Shown in pieces: positions 40,916-51,458 of a stretch of 64,000 bases of DNA. The notes beneath the pieces are model-generated. The model had not been told where the DNA came from and did not search any database. It worked only from the letters and a program-made list of their open reading frames with translations. Position 1 is the stretch's first letter; every line of letters starts with the position of its first letter. The position numbers and the translations under genes are program-made. Location: positions 192,001 through 256,000 of the forward strand of contig CAVOHZ010000008.1 in assembly GCA_963695855.1 (NCBI GenBank). Direction: 5' to 3'. This DNA is from an uncultured Nitrososphaerales archaeon. GTDB taxonomy: Archaea > Thermoproteota > Nitrososphaeria > Nitrososphaerales > Nitrososphaeraceae.

Positions 40916-42133
40916 ATGATTAAAGAGAAATGTGTACTTGCCTATTCGGGTGGTCTCGATACTTCAGTATGTATAAAGTATTTACAGTTATTGCATGATC
41001 TAGATGTAGTTACTGTTACCGTAAACATTGGACAGAATGATGATTTCGAGGAGATAGCAAATAGATCTAAACTAGTAGGTGCGATAAAACATTATAACAT
41101 TGATGCTTCCTCAGAATTCACCGAAAATTACATCATTCCATCTATAAAAGCAAATGGATTGTATGAAAATCGATATCCGTTAGCTACAGCCTTAGCAAGG
41201 CCCTTAATAGCTAAAAAAGCTGTAGATATAGCAACAAAGGAAAATGCAAAATATATTGCTCACGGATGTACTGGAAAAGGGAACGATCAAATAAGATTCG
41301 ATATTACTATTAAATGCCTAAATCCTGATCTAAAAATTATTGCTCCGATACGTGATTTGAATCTGACAAGAGATAAAGAAATACATTTTGCCAACGAACA
41401 TAAAATCCCTGTAAATACTGAGGTAAAGAAATATAGCATTGACGAAAATTTATGGGGCAGATCGATTGAAGGTGGCGATCTAGAGGATCTATTAAATGAA
41501 CCACCAGACGAGTGGTTCAAATATGTCAAGTTTGATAATCCGAAGGCCGGATATTTAGAAATTGATTTTGAAGCTGGTATTCCTGTCTGTGTAGAAGGAC
41601 AAAGAATGAATTTGACAGATTTGATAAATTATGTAAATATCAAGGCGGGGTCTTATGGGGTAGGCATAATTGACCATGTGGAAGATAGAGTAATAGGTAT
41701 CAAATCTAGAGAAATTTATGAATGTCCAGCTGCTTGTGTCTTGATCGAATCACACCAAGATCTTGAAAAATTGGTTTTAACTTCCCATGAATTACGATTT
41801 AAACATTTTGTGGACCAACAATGGAGTTGGATGACCTACTCAGGACTATGGCAAGATCCATTGGTAAACGATTTGGATAGATTTATAGATGCAACGCAAA
41901 ACAGAGTTACAGGAACAGTAAAGATGAGATTGCAAAACGGTTCTATGAGGGTTGTAGGAAGAAGATCAGAATTCTCTTTATACAAAAACGAATTGGCAAC
42001 TTATTCTTCTGGTTCTATTTTTGATCAAACGTTAGCGAAGGGTTTTGTTGAATTATGGGGATTACAATCGGTTACTGCAAATTCTATAGCAATTAATTTA
42101 AATAAAAAAGAGAATAAAGGAGAAGAACAATAG
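40916..42133 (+). CDS. argG: argininosuccinate synthase
   Basis: AYSGGLDTS, HGCTGKGNDQIRF and KSREIYE. Confidence 0.97.
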   Translation: MIKEKCVLAYSGGLDTSVCIKYLQLLHDLDVVTVTVNIGQNDDFEEIANRSKLVGAIKHYNIDASSEFTENYIIPSIKANGLYENRYPLATALARPLIAKKAVDIATKENAKYIAHGCTGKGNDQIRFDITIKCLNPDLKIIAPIRDLNLTRDKEIHFANEHKIPVNTEVKKYSIDENLWGRSIEGGDLEDLLNEPPDEWFKYVKFDNPKAGYLEIDFEAGIPVCVEGQRMNLTDLINYVNIKAGSYGVGIIDHVEDRVIGIKSREIYECPAACVLIESHQDLEKLVLTSHELRFKHFVDQQWSWMTYSGLWQDPLVNDLDRFIDATQNRVTGTVKMRLQNGSMRVVGRRSEFSLYKNELATYSSGSIFDQTLAKGFVELWGLQSVTANSIAINLNKKENKGEEQ

Positions 42134-42134
42134 A

Positions 42135-42308
42135 ATGAAGAAAGAATGTAGTGATTGTGGAGGAGAAATAAATATTCCAGACGATGCCGTGGTTGGGGAA
42201 ATTGTTTCTTGTCCTGATTGCGGAGGCGACTTTGAAATATCTTCAAAGTCAAATGATAACATTGAATTAAAAAATGCAGAATCGGTAGGAGAAGACTGGG
42301 GAGAATAA
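42135..42308 (+). CDS. lysW: amino-group carrier protein LysW/ArgW, copy 1 (57 aa)
   Basis: Hand-translated MKKECSDCGGEINIPDDAVVGEIVSCPDCGGDFE...VGEDWGE*. Confidence 0.95.
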   Translation: MKKECSDCGGEINIPDDAVVGEIVSCPDCGGDFEISSKSNDNIELKNAESVGEDWGE

Positions 42309-42320
42309 ACTTGAAAAAAA

Positions 42321-43175
42321 ATGGAACTATCTATTATTTATGATAAACTACGATTTGAAGAAAAAGCTCTCTACGATGATGCAGTAAAGAAAGGAGTTAA
42401 TACTAGATTACTCGATGCAAAATCCGTTTCAATAAGTACTGAATTTAATGATAACCCTTATTTTGGAGATATTTTTCTACAAAGATGTATCAGTCATTTT
42501 AGAGGACTTTATATCACTTCTTGTTTAGAGTTCTTGGGATATCCGGTAATAAACAAGTATGAAGTAAGCGAAATATGTGGAAATAAATTAAGAACATCCC
42601 TAATTTTATCAAAATCCAAAGTAGCTGGTCCAAAAACATATTTTTGCTTTAACTCAGATTCATTTAAAGTTCTGATCGATAAGATAGGTTATCCAATCGT
42701 CTTAAAGCCAATAGTGGGATCTTGGGGACGTGGTGTTTTTCCGGTAAGAAATGAAGAGATTGCAAATATGTTGATAGAAACACGGGAAGAAAACGATTCG
42801 CCATTTTCAAGAATATATTATGTTCAAGAAATGATAAAGAGACCGCCACGTGATATTCGATGTATCGTAGTAGGAGATCAAATCGTAACTGCAATATATC
42901 GTTATTCTGCAGAGAATGAATGGAGAACAAATGTAGCCAGAGGAGGTCATACTGCGCTAGCTCCTGTAACGAATGAGCTTGAGGATATTGTTCTAAATGC
43001 ATCGAAAGCAGTTGGCGGGGGAATACTTGGTGTTGATGTAATGGAAGATAAAACTCGAGGATTTGTAGTTCATGAAATTAATAGCAATGTCGAATTTCGT
43101 GGTGCCTCTCAGGTATCACAATCTAATATAGCAGGTTACATGATTGATTATGTTCTTCAGTTTTCAAAAAAATAA
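42321..43175 (+). CDS. argX: ATP-grasp LysW ligase, probably glutamate-specific
   Basis: KPIVGSWGR and EWRTNVARGG; EFRGA resembles the ArgX-type rather than the LysX NT signature; next to argG. Confidence 0.8.
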   Translation: MELSIIYDKLRFEEKALYDDAVKKGVNTRLLDAKSVSISTEFNDNPYFGDIFLQRCISHFRGLYITSCLEFLGYPVINKYEVSEICGNKLRTSLILSKSKVAGPKTYFCFNSDSFKVLIDKIGYPIVLKPIVGSWGRGVFPVRNEEIANMLIETREENDSPFSRIYYVQEMIKRPPRDIRCIVVGDQIVTAIYRYSAENEWRTNVARGGHTALAPVTNELEDIVLNASKAVGGGILGVDVMEDKTRGFVVHEINSNVEFRGASQVSQSNIAGYMIDYVLQFSKK

Positions 43176-43280
43176 TTCTTACTAGAAGATATCCAAATGT
43201 AATAATGATAAGGATTATTCTTTTACACATATAATAAAATTCATAAGATACAGCAATATTCTGATCTATAGTTTAACATT

Positions 43281-44333
43281 ATGAAGGTAGGAGTCATAGG
43301 AGCATCAGGATATGTTGGTGGCGAGTTAATTAGACTACTTGTAAGTCATCCAAAAGTCGAGCTTAATATGGTGACTTCTCGACAACAAGCAGGAGAATAC
43401 GTACATAGAATTCATCCAAGTCTTAAAGGATTCATTGATCTCACTTTTTCACCAATGGATATTAAAAAAGTTTTAGACTCATGTGATTTGGTCTTTGTAT
43501 CAGTTCCACATGGAAGTGCAAATCAAATAGTGAAAGATCTCTACGATAGCGATGTTAAAATTATAGACCTTTCTGCTGATTTTAGATTAAAAAATCCTAA
43601 AGATTATGTAAAGTGGTATGGATGGGAGCACCCATATCCAGAACTTCTTTCTAAGTCTGTATACGGTGTCCCAGAATTTCATCGCGACGAGATAAAAACT
43701 GCAAAATTGGTTTCGTGTCCAGGATGTATGGCAGTCACTTCTTTACTAGCACTTAAACCCTTAATAGAACATGATCTTATTGACACGAAACATATCGTTG
43801 TTGATAGTAAAATTGGATCTTCTGGGGCAGGAGCTCAAGCTAACGCAGGTACTCACCATGCCATGAGATACGGAGTGATTCGACCATATAAACCAGCAAA
43901 ACATAGGCATACTGGTGAAATAATACAAGAATTAAGTCTTCTAGCAAAAAAAGAGATCAAGATTAGTATGAGTCCTCATGCGGTAAATCTTGTTCGAGGA
44001 ATACTAACTACAAATCATACATTTCTCAATAAGCCCATTGGTGAGTTAGAGCTTTGGAAAGTTTATCGAGAGTTCTACAGTCATGAACCATTTATACGTC
44101 TCATAAAAGATAAGAAAGGACTTTACAAGTTCCCCGATCCGAAATTTTTGATAGGTTCAAACTTTTGTGATATTGGATTTGATATAGATGAAGATAATCA
44201 ACGTGTTGTTGCACTGTCCGCTTCTGATAATTTAATGAAAGGTGCCGCAGGATCTGCAATCCAAAATATGAATGTCATGTATGGATTTGATGAAATGGAT
44301 GGTCTTAAATACACTCCTCTGACTCCAGTATGA
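43281..44333 (+). CDS. lysY: [LysW]-aminoadipate/glutamate-phosphate reductase
   Basis: GASGYVG, CPGC and DNLMKGAAG. Confidence 0.93.
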   Translation: MKVGVIGASGYVGGELIRLLVSHPKVELNMVTSRQQAGEYVHRIHPSLKGFIDLTFSPMDIKKVLDSCDLVFVSVPHGSANQIVKDLYDSDVKIIDLSADFRLKNPKDYVKWYGWEHPYPELLSKSVYGVPEFHRDEIKTAKLVSCPGCMAVTSLLALKPLIEHDLIDTKHIVVDSKIGSSGAGAQANAGTHHAMRYGVIRPYKPAKHRHTGEIIQELSLLAKKEIKISMSPHAVNLVRGILTTNHTFLNKPIGELELWKVYREFYSHEPFIRLIKDKKGLYKFPDPKFLIGSNFCDIGFDIDEDNQRVVALSASDNLMKGAAGSAIQNMNVMYGFDEMDGLKYTPLTPV

Positions 44334-45130
44334 TAGTTATCAAAATAGGTGGAAGTATAGTAGATGAATTACATCCTTCTACTATTTCTGACATCAAAAG
44401 TCTGCTGGAAAAGGAAAAAATTGTTCTTGTACATGGCGGCGGAAAAGAAGTCACAAATATTGGAAACAAATTAGGCAAGGAACAAAAGTTCATAGTCTCT
44501 CCAGGAGGTGTGAGGAGTAGATATACAGACAAAGAGACTGCAGAGATTTATACGATGGTGATGTCCGGTAAAATAAACAAAGCCATTGTCCAAATGTTAT
44601 TGAATAGCAATATCTGTGCAGTAGGTATTTCTGGAATTGATGGTGCAACCATAAAAGCAGAAAGAAAGAAAAAATTGGTTATTCTTAATGAAATGGGAAG
44701 GAAGATGGCAATCGACGGAGGATATACCGGAAAAATAAAAAATGTAGATCCTGCTTTGATAAAGATATTGTTGTCAAATGGGTTTGTTCCTATCATTTCT
44801 CCGATCGCTTTGAGTGAGGAAACTGAATTTCTAAATGTAGATGGTGATAGGGCTGCGGCATATGTTGCGGGGAGTCTGAGGGCAGATAAAGTTATTTTTA
44901 TTACCAATGTAAATGGTTTAATTTTAGATGATGAGTTAGTGAAAAACATGAATTATACTGAAGCTAAGGCATCACTGCCCAAAATTGGTCATGGAATGGA
45001 AAAGAAAGTTCTTGCTTGTACGGAAGCTATAGAAATGGGTGTAAAAGAAGCGATTATTGCATCGGGCAATGTAGAAAATCCTATATCTGCAGCTCTTTCT
45101 CATGCAAATTGTACGGTGATTAGCAAATGA
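44330..45130 (+). CDS. lysZ: [LysW]-aminoadipate/glutamate kinase
   Basis: KIGGS, VHGGG, SRYTD and LNVDGDRAA. Confidence 0.93.
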   Translation: MIVIKIGGSIVDELHPSTISDIKSLLEKEKIVLVHGGGKEVTNIGNKLGKEQKFIVSPGGVRSRYTDKETAEIYTMVMSGKINKAIVQMLLNSNICAVGISGIDGATIKAERKKKLVILNEMGRKMAIDGGYTGKIKNVDPALIKILLSNGFVPIISPIALSEETEFLNVDGDRAAAYVAGSLRADKVIFITNVNGLILDDELVKNMNYTEAKASLPKIGHGMEKKVLACTEAIEMGVKEAIIASGNVENPISAALSHANCTVISK

Positions 45131-46308
45131 ACGGCGAGGATCTTTATGTAGGAAACATCTACCAGAGATTTCCTATCAATATATCGAAGGGGAAAGGCGC
45201 AATAGTCTGGGATACATCTGGCAGAGAATATATTGATTGTATGGGAGGATATGGAGTGGCCTTGGTCGGGCATTGTAATGACAGGGTGGTACAGGCAATT
45301 AAGGACCAAGTAGAAAATTTAATAACTTGTCACATGTCGATTTATAATGATACACGATTAAAATTTCTGCAAAAAATATCCGAAATTTCTCCGAAACAAC
45401 TTTCAAAGTTTTTCTTCAGTAATAGTGGAGCAGAATCCGTAGAAGCAGCAATTAAATTTTCTAGAAAGTATACTGGAAAAAGTGGAATAATTTCTATGAA
45501 TGGTGGATATCATGGAAAAACTTTCGGGGCTTTATCTGTAACATTCAATGAGAAATATAGAAAATCATTCCAGCCCTTACTTGAAGGAGTAAAATTTGTT
45601 CCACCTCATACTCCATCAGTGATCGAGGAGGTATTGGATGAAAGTATCGGAACCGTAATAGTTGAACCAATCCAGGGAGAAACTGGTATCATAGTCCCGG
45701 AAGATGGAATTTTACAAGAAATTAGAGAAATCTGTGACCATAATAATCTAGTATTAATTTTTGATGAGATCCAAACTGGATTAGGTAGGACAGGGGAAAT
45801 GTGGGCTGGACAAAATTGGAAAACTACTCCTGATATTATGTGTCTGGCCAAAGGTATTGCTGGTGGATTGCCTATGGGCTTAACTCTTTGTAAACCTGAG
45901 ATTCTTGATTCCATAAAAATCGGCGAGCATTCATCAACCTTTGCTGGTAATCCACTTGCTTGCTCTGCAGGAATAGCTACAATTGATTCCATCGTAGAAG
46001 ATAAGCTCGTAGAAAATGCTCTTCACATAGGAAGTTTATTTAAAAATGGATTATTAGAACTACAAAAAAAACATAAAATAATTCGAGAGGTAAGAGGATT
46101 AGGATTGATGCTTGCAGTAGAATTACGCTTTGACGTTAGAGATGTCTTGATGGATGGAATAAAAGAAGGACTTCTTATGTTATATTCAGGCAGAAATATA
46201 ATTCGGTTACTTCCTCCTTTAGTCTTAGATGAAGTAAAGGTATTAAAAACCTTGGAAATCATGGATAATATATTGACCAAAGAAGAGGTTAGAAGAAATG
46301 TTAAATAA
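45127..46308 (+). CDS. lysJ: [LysW]-semialdehyde transaminase (class III PLP)
   Basis: NSGAESVE, DEIQTGLGRTG, LAKGIAGG and HSSTFAGNP. Confidence 0.93.
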   Translation: MNGEDLYVGNIYQRFPINISKGKGAIVWDTSGREYIDCMGGYGVALVGHCNDRVVQAIKDQVENLITCHMSIYNDTRLKFLQKISEISPKQLSKFFFSNSGAESVEAAIKFSRKYTGKSGIISMNGGYHGKTFGALSVTFNEKYRKSFQPLLEGVKFVPPHTPSVIEEVLDESIGTVIVEPIQGETGIIVPEDGILQEIREICDHNNLVLIFDEIQTGLGRTGEMWAGQNWKTTPDIMCLAKGIAGGLPMGLTLCKPEILDSIKIGEHSSTFAGNPLACSAGIATIDSIVEDKLVENALHIGSLFKNGLLELQKKHKIIREVRGLGLMLAVELRFDVRDVLMDGIKEGLLMLYSGRNIIRLLPPLVLDEVKVLKTLEIMDNILTKEEVRRNVK

Positions 46309-46723
46309 TATTGATTCTTTTGATGAACAAATTATTCGGATCCTACAAAATGATTCACGTAAATCATTTGTAGAAATAGCTACTTCTGTCGGACTTTCAG
46401 AATCTGCAGTAAGAAGAAGAGTTAAAAATTTAATAGAAAATAAAAAAATAAAAAAATTTACTATTGAAGTAAATCAAAAGGAAGAGACAAGCGCAATAAC
46501 CCTAATTTCAGTCGCTTCTTCATCAGATACTTCTACCGTCACCTCTAGATTGTTGAATCTGGGAGGAGTAAAAGTAGTATACGAGATAACTGGACAATAT
46601 GATATTGCAGCAATAATAAGTGCTTCTACTATTTCCGAAATAAATTCATACATTGATGATGTAAGAAAAATTGTAGGTGTTTCTGATACCAATACAGTGA
46701 TTATCCTAAAAACTATGAAGTAA
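46298..46723 (+). CDS. lysM: Lrp/AsnC regulator LysM
   Basis: Lrp HTH plus YEITGQYD; lies inside the lys cluster. Confidence 0.88.
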   Translation: MLNNIDSFDEQIIRILQNDSRKSFVEIATSVGLSESAVRRRVKNLIENKKIKKFTIEVNQKEETSAITLISVASSSDTSTVTSRLLNLGGVKVVYEITGQYDIAAIISASTISEINSYIDDVRKIVGVSDTNTVIILKTMK

Positions 46724-46838
46724 TTTTATTTATACACCGAAATTTAGTCTCATCAACGTAGAATGATTTCGCTTTTTTTTAAATCATTTCGTCATAAACA
46801 TTTATATCATATACGAAAGATGTTTTAGGTGCATTACA

Positions 46839-48047
46839 ATGACACTAAAATCGGACGATCCTAACTATTATGCGCACTACTATAATAAAATAGATGAGGG
46901 ACAAAAAAAAATAAAGGTTCTAGATTCGACTCTACGAGAAGGAGAACAACATCCTGGAGTATCTTTTACTAGCAAACAGCGGATTCAAATTGCGTGGATG
47001 TTAGATTCTTTTGGAGTTGATCAAGTAGAAATCAGCCCTGTTGTTTCTCCAGATCATTTTGAAGCAACAAAAATCATAATTAAACAAGGGTTAAAAGCAG
47101 ATATTGTTGCGCATGTTAGGGCAATAAAATCTGATGTGGATACAGCAATTAAAACTAATGCTACTTGGGTAGCGACATATATGGGAATTTCTGATATTCA
47201 TTTAAGTGCTAAATTAAAAATTTCTAGAGAAGAAGCAAAAATGAGAGCAATAGAAGTAGTCGAATATATAAAATCCCATGGATTAAAATCTCGATTTACA
47301 ATGGAGGATGCGAGTAGAACTGAACCATCATTTCTATTAGAAATGTGCAAAGAAATTAATGGACTGGGCGTTGAAAGAATAAGTATCCCTGATACTGTTG
47401 GAATTATGAGACCAAATGGTATGTATAATTTGGTGAAAATGGTTTATGATAATATCGATAAATCCAAGAGCTCACTTGATGTTCATTGTCACAATGATGT
47501 TGGATTGGCACTAGCAAATGCATTGGCTGGATGTGAAGCTGGTGCAGATCAGATTCACACAACAATAGATGGATTCGGAGAAAGAACCGGAATACCTTCT
47601 CTTGCTGAAACTTCTATAGCTTTAAATCTCATTTACAAATCTAGCAATAATTTTAGGTTACATATGTTGAAAGATTTATCAAAAACAATATCTCAATATA
47701 CAGGTCTCGACATTCCAGAATCTACACCGATCGTAGGTGATAGTGCTTATAAGCACAAAGCAGGAACACATCTTGCCGCCATTCTTCGAAATCCTTCTGC
47801 TTATGAGATAATTGAACCAAAACTTGTAGGAAATAGAAGAAAAATCGTTTTTGGCGAGCTAGCAGGTAAAAACGGAGCAGCTTACCTTTTATCGTTATTG
47901 GGTCTGGAAACGAGCAAACATGAGGCTGAAACTCTCGCCCGTGGATTAAAGGAACTTAGGATGGGTGACGTTTTAGAATTGTTTCTGGATGAACGTCTAG
48001 AAAGAAAAATTCTTAATGAAGGATCGCCAAATGTGATAAAGGAGTAA
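46839..48047 (+). CDS. homocitrate synthase (LeuA family)
   Basis: DSTLREGEQ, HCHND and GERTG; lys cluster context. Confidence 0.88.
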   Translation: MTLKSDDPNYYAHYYNKIDEGQKKIKVLDSTLREGEQHPGVSFTSKQRIQIAWMLDSFGVDQVEISPVVSPDHFEATKIIIKQGLKADIVAHVRAIKSDVDTAIKTNATWVATYMGISDIHLSAKLKISREEAKMRAIEVVEYIKSHGLKSRFTMEDASRTEPSFLLEMCKEINGLGVERISIPDTVGIMRPNGMYNLVKMVYDNIDKSKSSLDVHCHNDVGLALANALAGCEAGADQIHTTIDGFGERTGIPSLAETSIALNLIYKSSNNFRLHMLKDLSKTISQYTGLDIPESTPIVGDSAYKHKAGTHLAAILRNPSAYEIIEPKLVGNRRKIVFGELAGKNGAAYLLSLLGLETSKHEAETLARGLKELRMGDVLELFLDERLERKILNEGSPNVIKE

Positions 48048-48053
48048 AAGAAT

Positions 48054-48221
48054 ATGGTCAAATGTAAAGAATGTGATGCAGAAATAAGAATCCCCGACGA
48101 TTCAATTGAAGGCGAAATAGTTGCCTGTCCAGATTGTGGTTCAAGCTATGAACTAGTCAAGGGAGCAGATGGATTCAGTATTAAGCCATCTCAAGTAGTT
48201 GGCGAGGACTGGGGACAGTGA
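48054..48221 (+). CDS. lysW: amino-group carrier protein LysW, copy 2 (55 aa, ends EDWGQ)
   Basis: Hand-translated MVKCKECDAEIRIPDDSIEGEIVACPDCGSSYE...VGEDWGQ*; GTGA overlap with lysX. Confidence 0.93.
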   Translation: MVKCKECDAEIRIPDDSIEGEIVACPDCGSSYELVKGADGFSIKPSQVVGEDWGQ

Positions 48222-49078
48222 CTGAGAGAAAGAACACAACCTCCCTCACTCTTCTTTATGATAATATACGTTGGGAAGAAAAAGCTATCTACGAATCTGC
48301 TAGAAAAAGAGGAATTGAGATAACGAATGTTAATTGTAAAGATCTAATTTTGGAACTAGACGGTCCTAGCTATTCTGATAAAATAATTATACAAAGATGT
48401 GTTAGTTATTTCAAAAGCCTTCATTCTACTGCTGCACTGGAAGGTTTGGGAGCTCGTGTTATTAATCCACTTAATACTTCTATTGTTTGTGGTAATAAAT
48501 TATTTACACATATGAAATTGAAAGACGCTGGAATAAAAACTCCCAAAGTTATAACAACTTTTTCATATGATGCAGCACTTTCTGCTCTTGATATTTTTGG
48601 ATATCCGACCATAATTAAACCTACAATTGGAAGTTGGGGAAGATTAATTGCGTTACTAAAAGACAAAGATGCAGCGAAGGCCGTAATTGAAGATAGACAA
48701 CATATGTTTCCACTTTATCAAATATATTATTTTGAGGAATTTGTTGATAGACCGCCTAGAGATATAAGAGCAATAGTAATAGGCGATACAGTAGTAGCTG
48801 CTATATATCGTTATTCGGAAAATAGCGAATGGAAAACCAATATGGCTTTAGGAGGCAGAGCAGAATCATGTCCAATTACAAAAGAGCTCGAAGATATATG
48901 TATAAAATCTACACAAGCAGTAGGTGGAAAAATAGTTGGAGTAGATCTTATGGAAAGTTCACGAGAAGGTTTATTGGTTCACGAAGTTAATAATACAACA
49001 GAGTTTAAAAATACTGTCAGAGTAACAGGAGTACCAATTCAAGATATGATAGTCGATTACTCTTTGCAATACAACTAA
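48218..49078 (+). CDS. lysX: alpha-aminoadipate--LysW ligase
   Basis: KPTIGSWGR, WKTNMALGG and EVNNTTEFKNT. Confidence 0.88.
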   Translation: MTERKNTTSLTLLYDNIRWEEKAIYESARKRGIEITNVNCKDLILELDGPSYSDKIIIQRCVSYFKSLHSTAALEGLGARVINPLNTSIVCGNKLFTHMKLKDAGIKTPKVITTFSYDAALSALDIFGYPTIIKPTIGSWGRLIALLKDKDAAKAVIEDRQHMFPLYQIYYFEEFVDRPPRDIRAIVIGDTVVAAIYRYSENSEWKTNMALGGRAESCPITKELEDICIKSTQAVGGKIVGVDLMESSREGLLVHEVNNTTEFKNTVRVTGVPIQDMIVDYSLQYN

Positions 49079-49092
49079 TATTATTATTAAAA

Positions 49093-50208
49093 TTGGTCTC
49101 ACCTAATTATGCTGTGGAGCTCTTAAAAAGATCAATAGAGTTCTATACACCCTCAAGATCTGAATCTCAATTAGCTAATATGCTTAAGGAAAAATGTATT
49201 GAGGATCTGGGATTTGAACAAGCTCAGATAGATAGTGTAGGAAATGTTATAGCTACAAAGGGATTAGGATATCCTAGGATTCTTCTTTGTGGACATATGG
49301 ATACAGTTCCAAATAAAGTGCCTATCAGAATAGAAGATGGTTTATTGTATGGTCGTGGTGCCTCAGATGCTAAAGCATCTTTAATCGCCATGCTCTTAGC
49401 AGCTTCGGAATTTCCTAAACAAAACGGAACTATTATTTTCGCAGGTGTAGTAGATGAAGAAGGAAGCGCTACTGGTAGCAAACAACTTGTTAAAAATAAT
49501 ATAGAGGTTGATTATGCCATTTTTGGTGAGCCGAGTGGCATCGAGAACATAACGATATCGTATAAAGGTAGATTAGCAATTAAACTAATTTGCGATGTCC
49601 TCCAAAGTGCTCATGCAAGTGCCCCTTGGCTCGCAAAAAATTCGATTGAAGAATCTTACGAGTTCTGGCAGGCCATAAAAAAGGAAATTAACAAAACAAA
49701 CAATAGTGAAAAAAAAACTAGTTCAATAAGTTGCAGTCTGACGGAAATAACTGGAGGGTCGAGTCATAATGTTACTCCTCAAAAATGTAAGCTTACCATG
49801 GACATACGAATTCCTACTACAAATACATGCCAACAAGTATTAGACATGATCGATAAAGTAATTTCTAATATATCTAGTCAAAAAGGAATAAAATCCAATT
49901 ATATAATCGAAGATTTTACAGATCCATTTGAAGCAGATCATTCATCTCCATTGGTAAGGTCTCTATTTCTTGCAATACTGGATGTCTGTAAAAAACGACC
50001 GAATTTATTACGAAAAACTGGTACTGGTGACATGAATATTATTGGTAATGCGCTTAAAATACCAGTAGTTACTTATGGGCCGGGAGATCCTCATTCCTCT
50101 CATAGTGTAGACGAGCATGTTGATATCCAGGAATATATTACCGGAATAGAGGTCTTTAAAAGATCGCTTTTTCATATGTCTAGGTTACACAATTATCAAA
50201 GAAAATAA
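49093..50208 (+). CDS. lysK: [LysW]-lysine/ornithine hydrolase (M20)
   Basis: GHMDTVP, GRGASDAK, DEE, KTGTGDMN and YGPGD. Confidence 0.92.
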   Translation: MVSPNYAVELLKRSIEFYTPSRSESQLANMLKEKCIEDLGFEQAQIDSVGNVIATKGLGYPRILLCGHMDTVPNKVPIRIEDGLLYGRGASDAKASLIAMLLAASEFPKQNGTIIFAGVVDEEGSATGSKQLVKNNIEVDYAIFGEPSGIENITISYKGRLAIKLICDVLQSAHASAPWLAKNSIEESYEFWQAIKKEINKTNNSEKKTSSISCSLTEITGGSSHNVTPQKCKLTMDIRIPTTNTCQQVLDMIDKVISNISSQKGIKSNYIIEDFTDPFEADHSSPLVRSLFLAILDVCKKRPNLLRKTGTGDMNIIGNALKIPVVTYGPGDPHSSHSVDEHVDIQEYITGIEVFKRSLFHMSRLHNYQRK

Positions 50209-50239
50209 TCCAAACTTACTATACGCCAAAGATAATAGG

Positions 50240-51361
50240 GTGATCTTATCTATTTTTAATAACATGTTATACTTTGTTGGAATAGGAATAGACGGTTGTA
50301 ACAGTATAAGTTTAAATGCTATAGAAATTATGAAAGATTGTCAGATAATTTATATTGAAAGATTTACAAGTTACATAAGTAAAAAAGAAATAGAAAAACT
50401 CGCTCAACTTATAGACCCCAAAAAGAAAAAAAAAATTAATTTAGTGCAACGTTGGTTTATTGAGGATGGAAAAGAGATACTTTCCAAATCTAAAAATGCA
50501 ATTGTTGCAATACTAACTTATGGTGACCCATTTATGGCAACAACAATGAATGAATTACTGATTAGAGCTAAAAGGAATTTAATTGAAACACGTATTGTTC
50601 ACGGCTCTTCTGGACTTTTTTCTTTCATGGGGGAAAGTGGCCTTCATAACTATAAATTCGGTCGTACCACTACAATAATGTCAGATCCTCAATCTGCAAT
50701 AAGTGTCTATAATATTATTTTTGAAAATCTAAAAGTAGGAAATCATACCTTGATATTAACTGAATATAATAATAAGGATGACAAAGATTTTTTCTTTCTA
50801 AATCCCCAATTAGCTCTTGAAATGTTAGTGGAAGTTGAAAAAGATCTAAAATATGGAATTATATCAGAAGAAACTTTTATTATAGTTGGATCAAGAATTG
50901 GAACGAATTCTCAAAAAATTCAATCAGGAAAGATTCATTCTTTTGAGAATATGGATTTTGGTGAAGGACCTCATTCTATAATCATTCCCGGACAACTTCA
51001 CTTTACTGAAATTGATTCTATAACATCCCTTTATGAAAATTTTGACAATCCATCTGATAATACAAAACTATTCCAACACCTTGCCGTATCAATGGTTAAC
51101 AGATATCTCCCAAAAGCTAAAGAAGCGCTAAAAACAATGAAGTCATTTCTAGATAAAGAAAATAGTTTCTCTAATAATAACAATAAACCTGATAATAAGG
51201 GTATGTACAATGTACTAGAAAACGCTGAATATTACTTGCTTGATTCAGAGAGATTTCTTAATCAGAATAAGTATGAATTAGCCGTCTTAAGCATTGGTTA
51301 TGCAGAAGGATTAATAGATTCATTACGATTTCAGAAAGATATCAATCCATGGTTACCTTAA
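50240..51361 (+). CDS. dph5: diphthine synthase with a C-terminal DUF357-like domain
   Basis: YIERFTS, GDPFMATT, GLHNYKFG and FGEGPHSIIIPG; tail ENAEYYLLDS...SIGYAEGLIDSL. Confidence 0.9.
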   Translation: MILSIFNNMLYFVGIGIDGCNSISLNAIEIMKDCQIIYIERFTSYISKKEIEKLAQLIDPKKKKKINLVQRWFIEDGKEILSKSKNAIVAILTYGDPFMATTMNELLIRAKRNLIETRIVHGSSGLFSFMGESGLHNYKFGRTTTIMSDPQSAISVYNIIFENLKVGNHTLILTEYNNKDDKDFFFLNPQLALEMLVEVEKDLKYGIISEETFIIVGSRIGTNSQKIQSGKIHSFENMDFGEGPHSIIIPGQLHFTEIDSITSLYENFDNPSDNTKLFQHLAVSMVNRYLPKAKEALKTMKSFLDKENSFSNNNNKPDNKGMYNVLENAEYYLLDSERFLNQNKYELAVLSIGYAEGLIDSLRFQKDINPWLP

Positions 51362-51458
51362 TTTTATACCTCATTTTTTTAAAGATTTTTTTTATATTCT
51401 GATGATAAGAACTATTATTATAATAGGAGATGTTTATTTCTCTGGGTGACTATTATTA

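Noticed and set aside
40916-42308. Absence of argH after argG as a pathway gap
   Set aside because: argH may be elsewhere in the genome; this cannot be judged from one window
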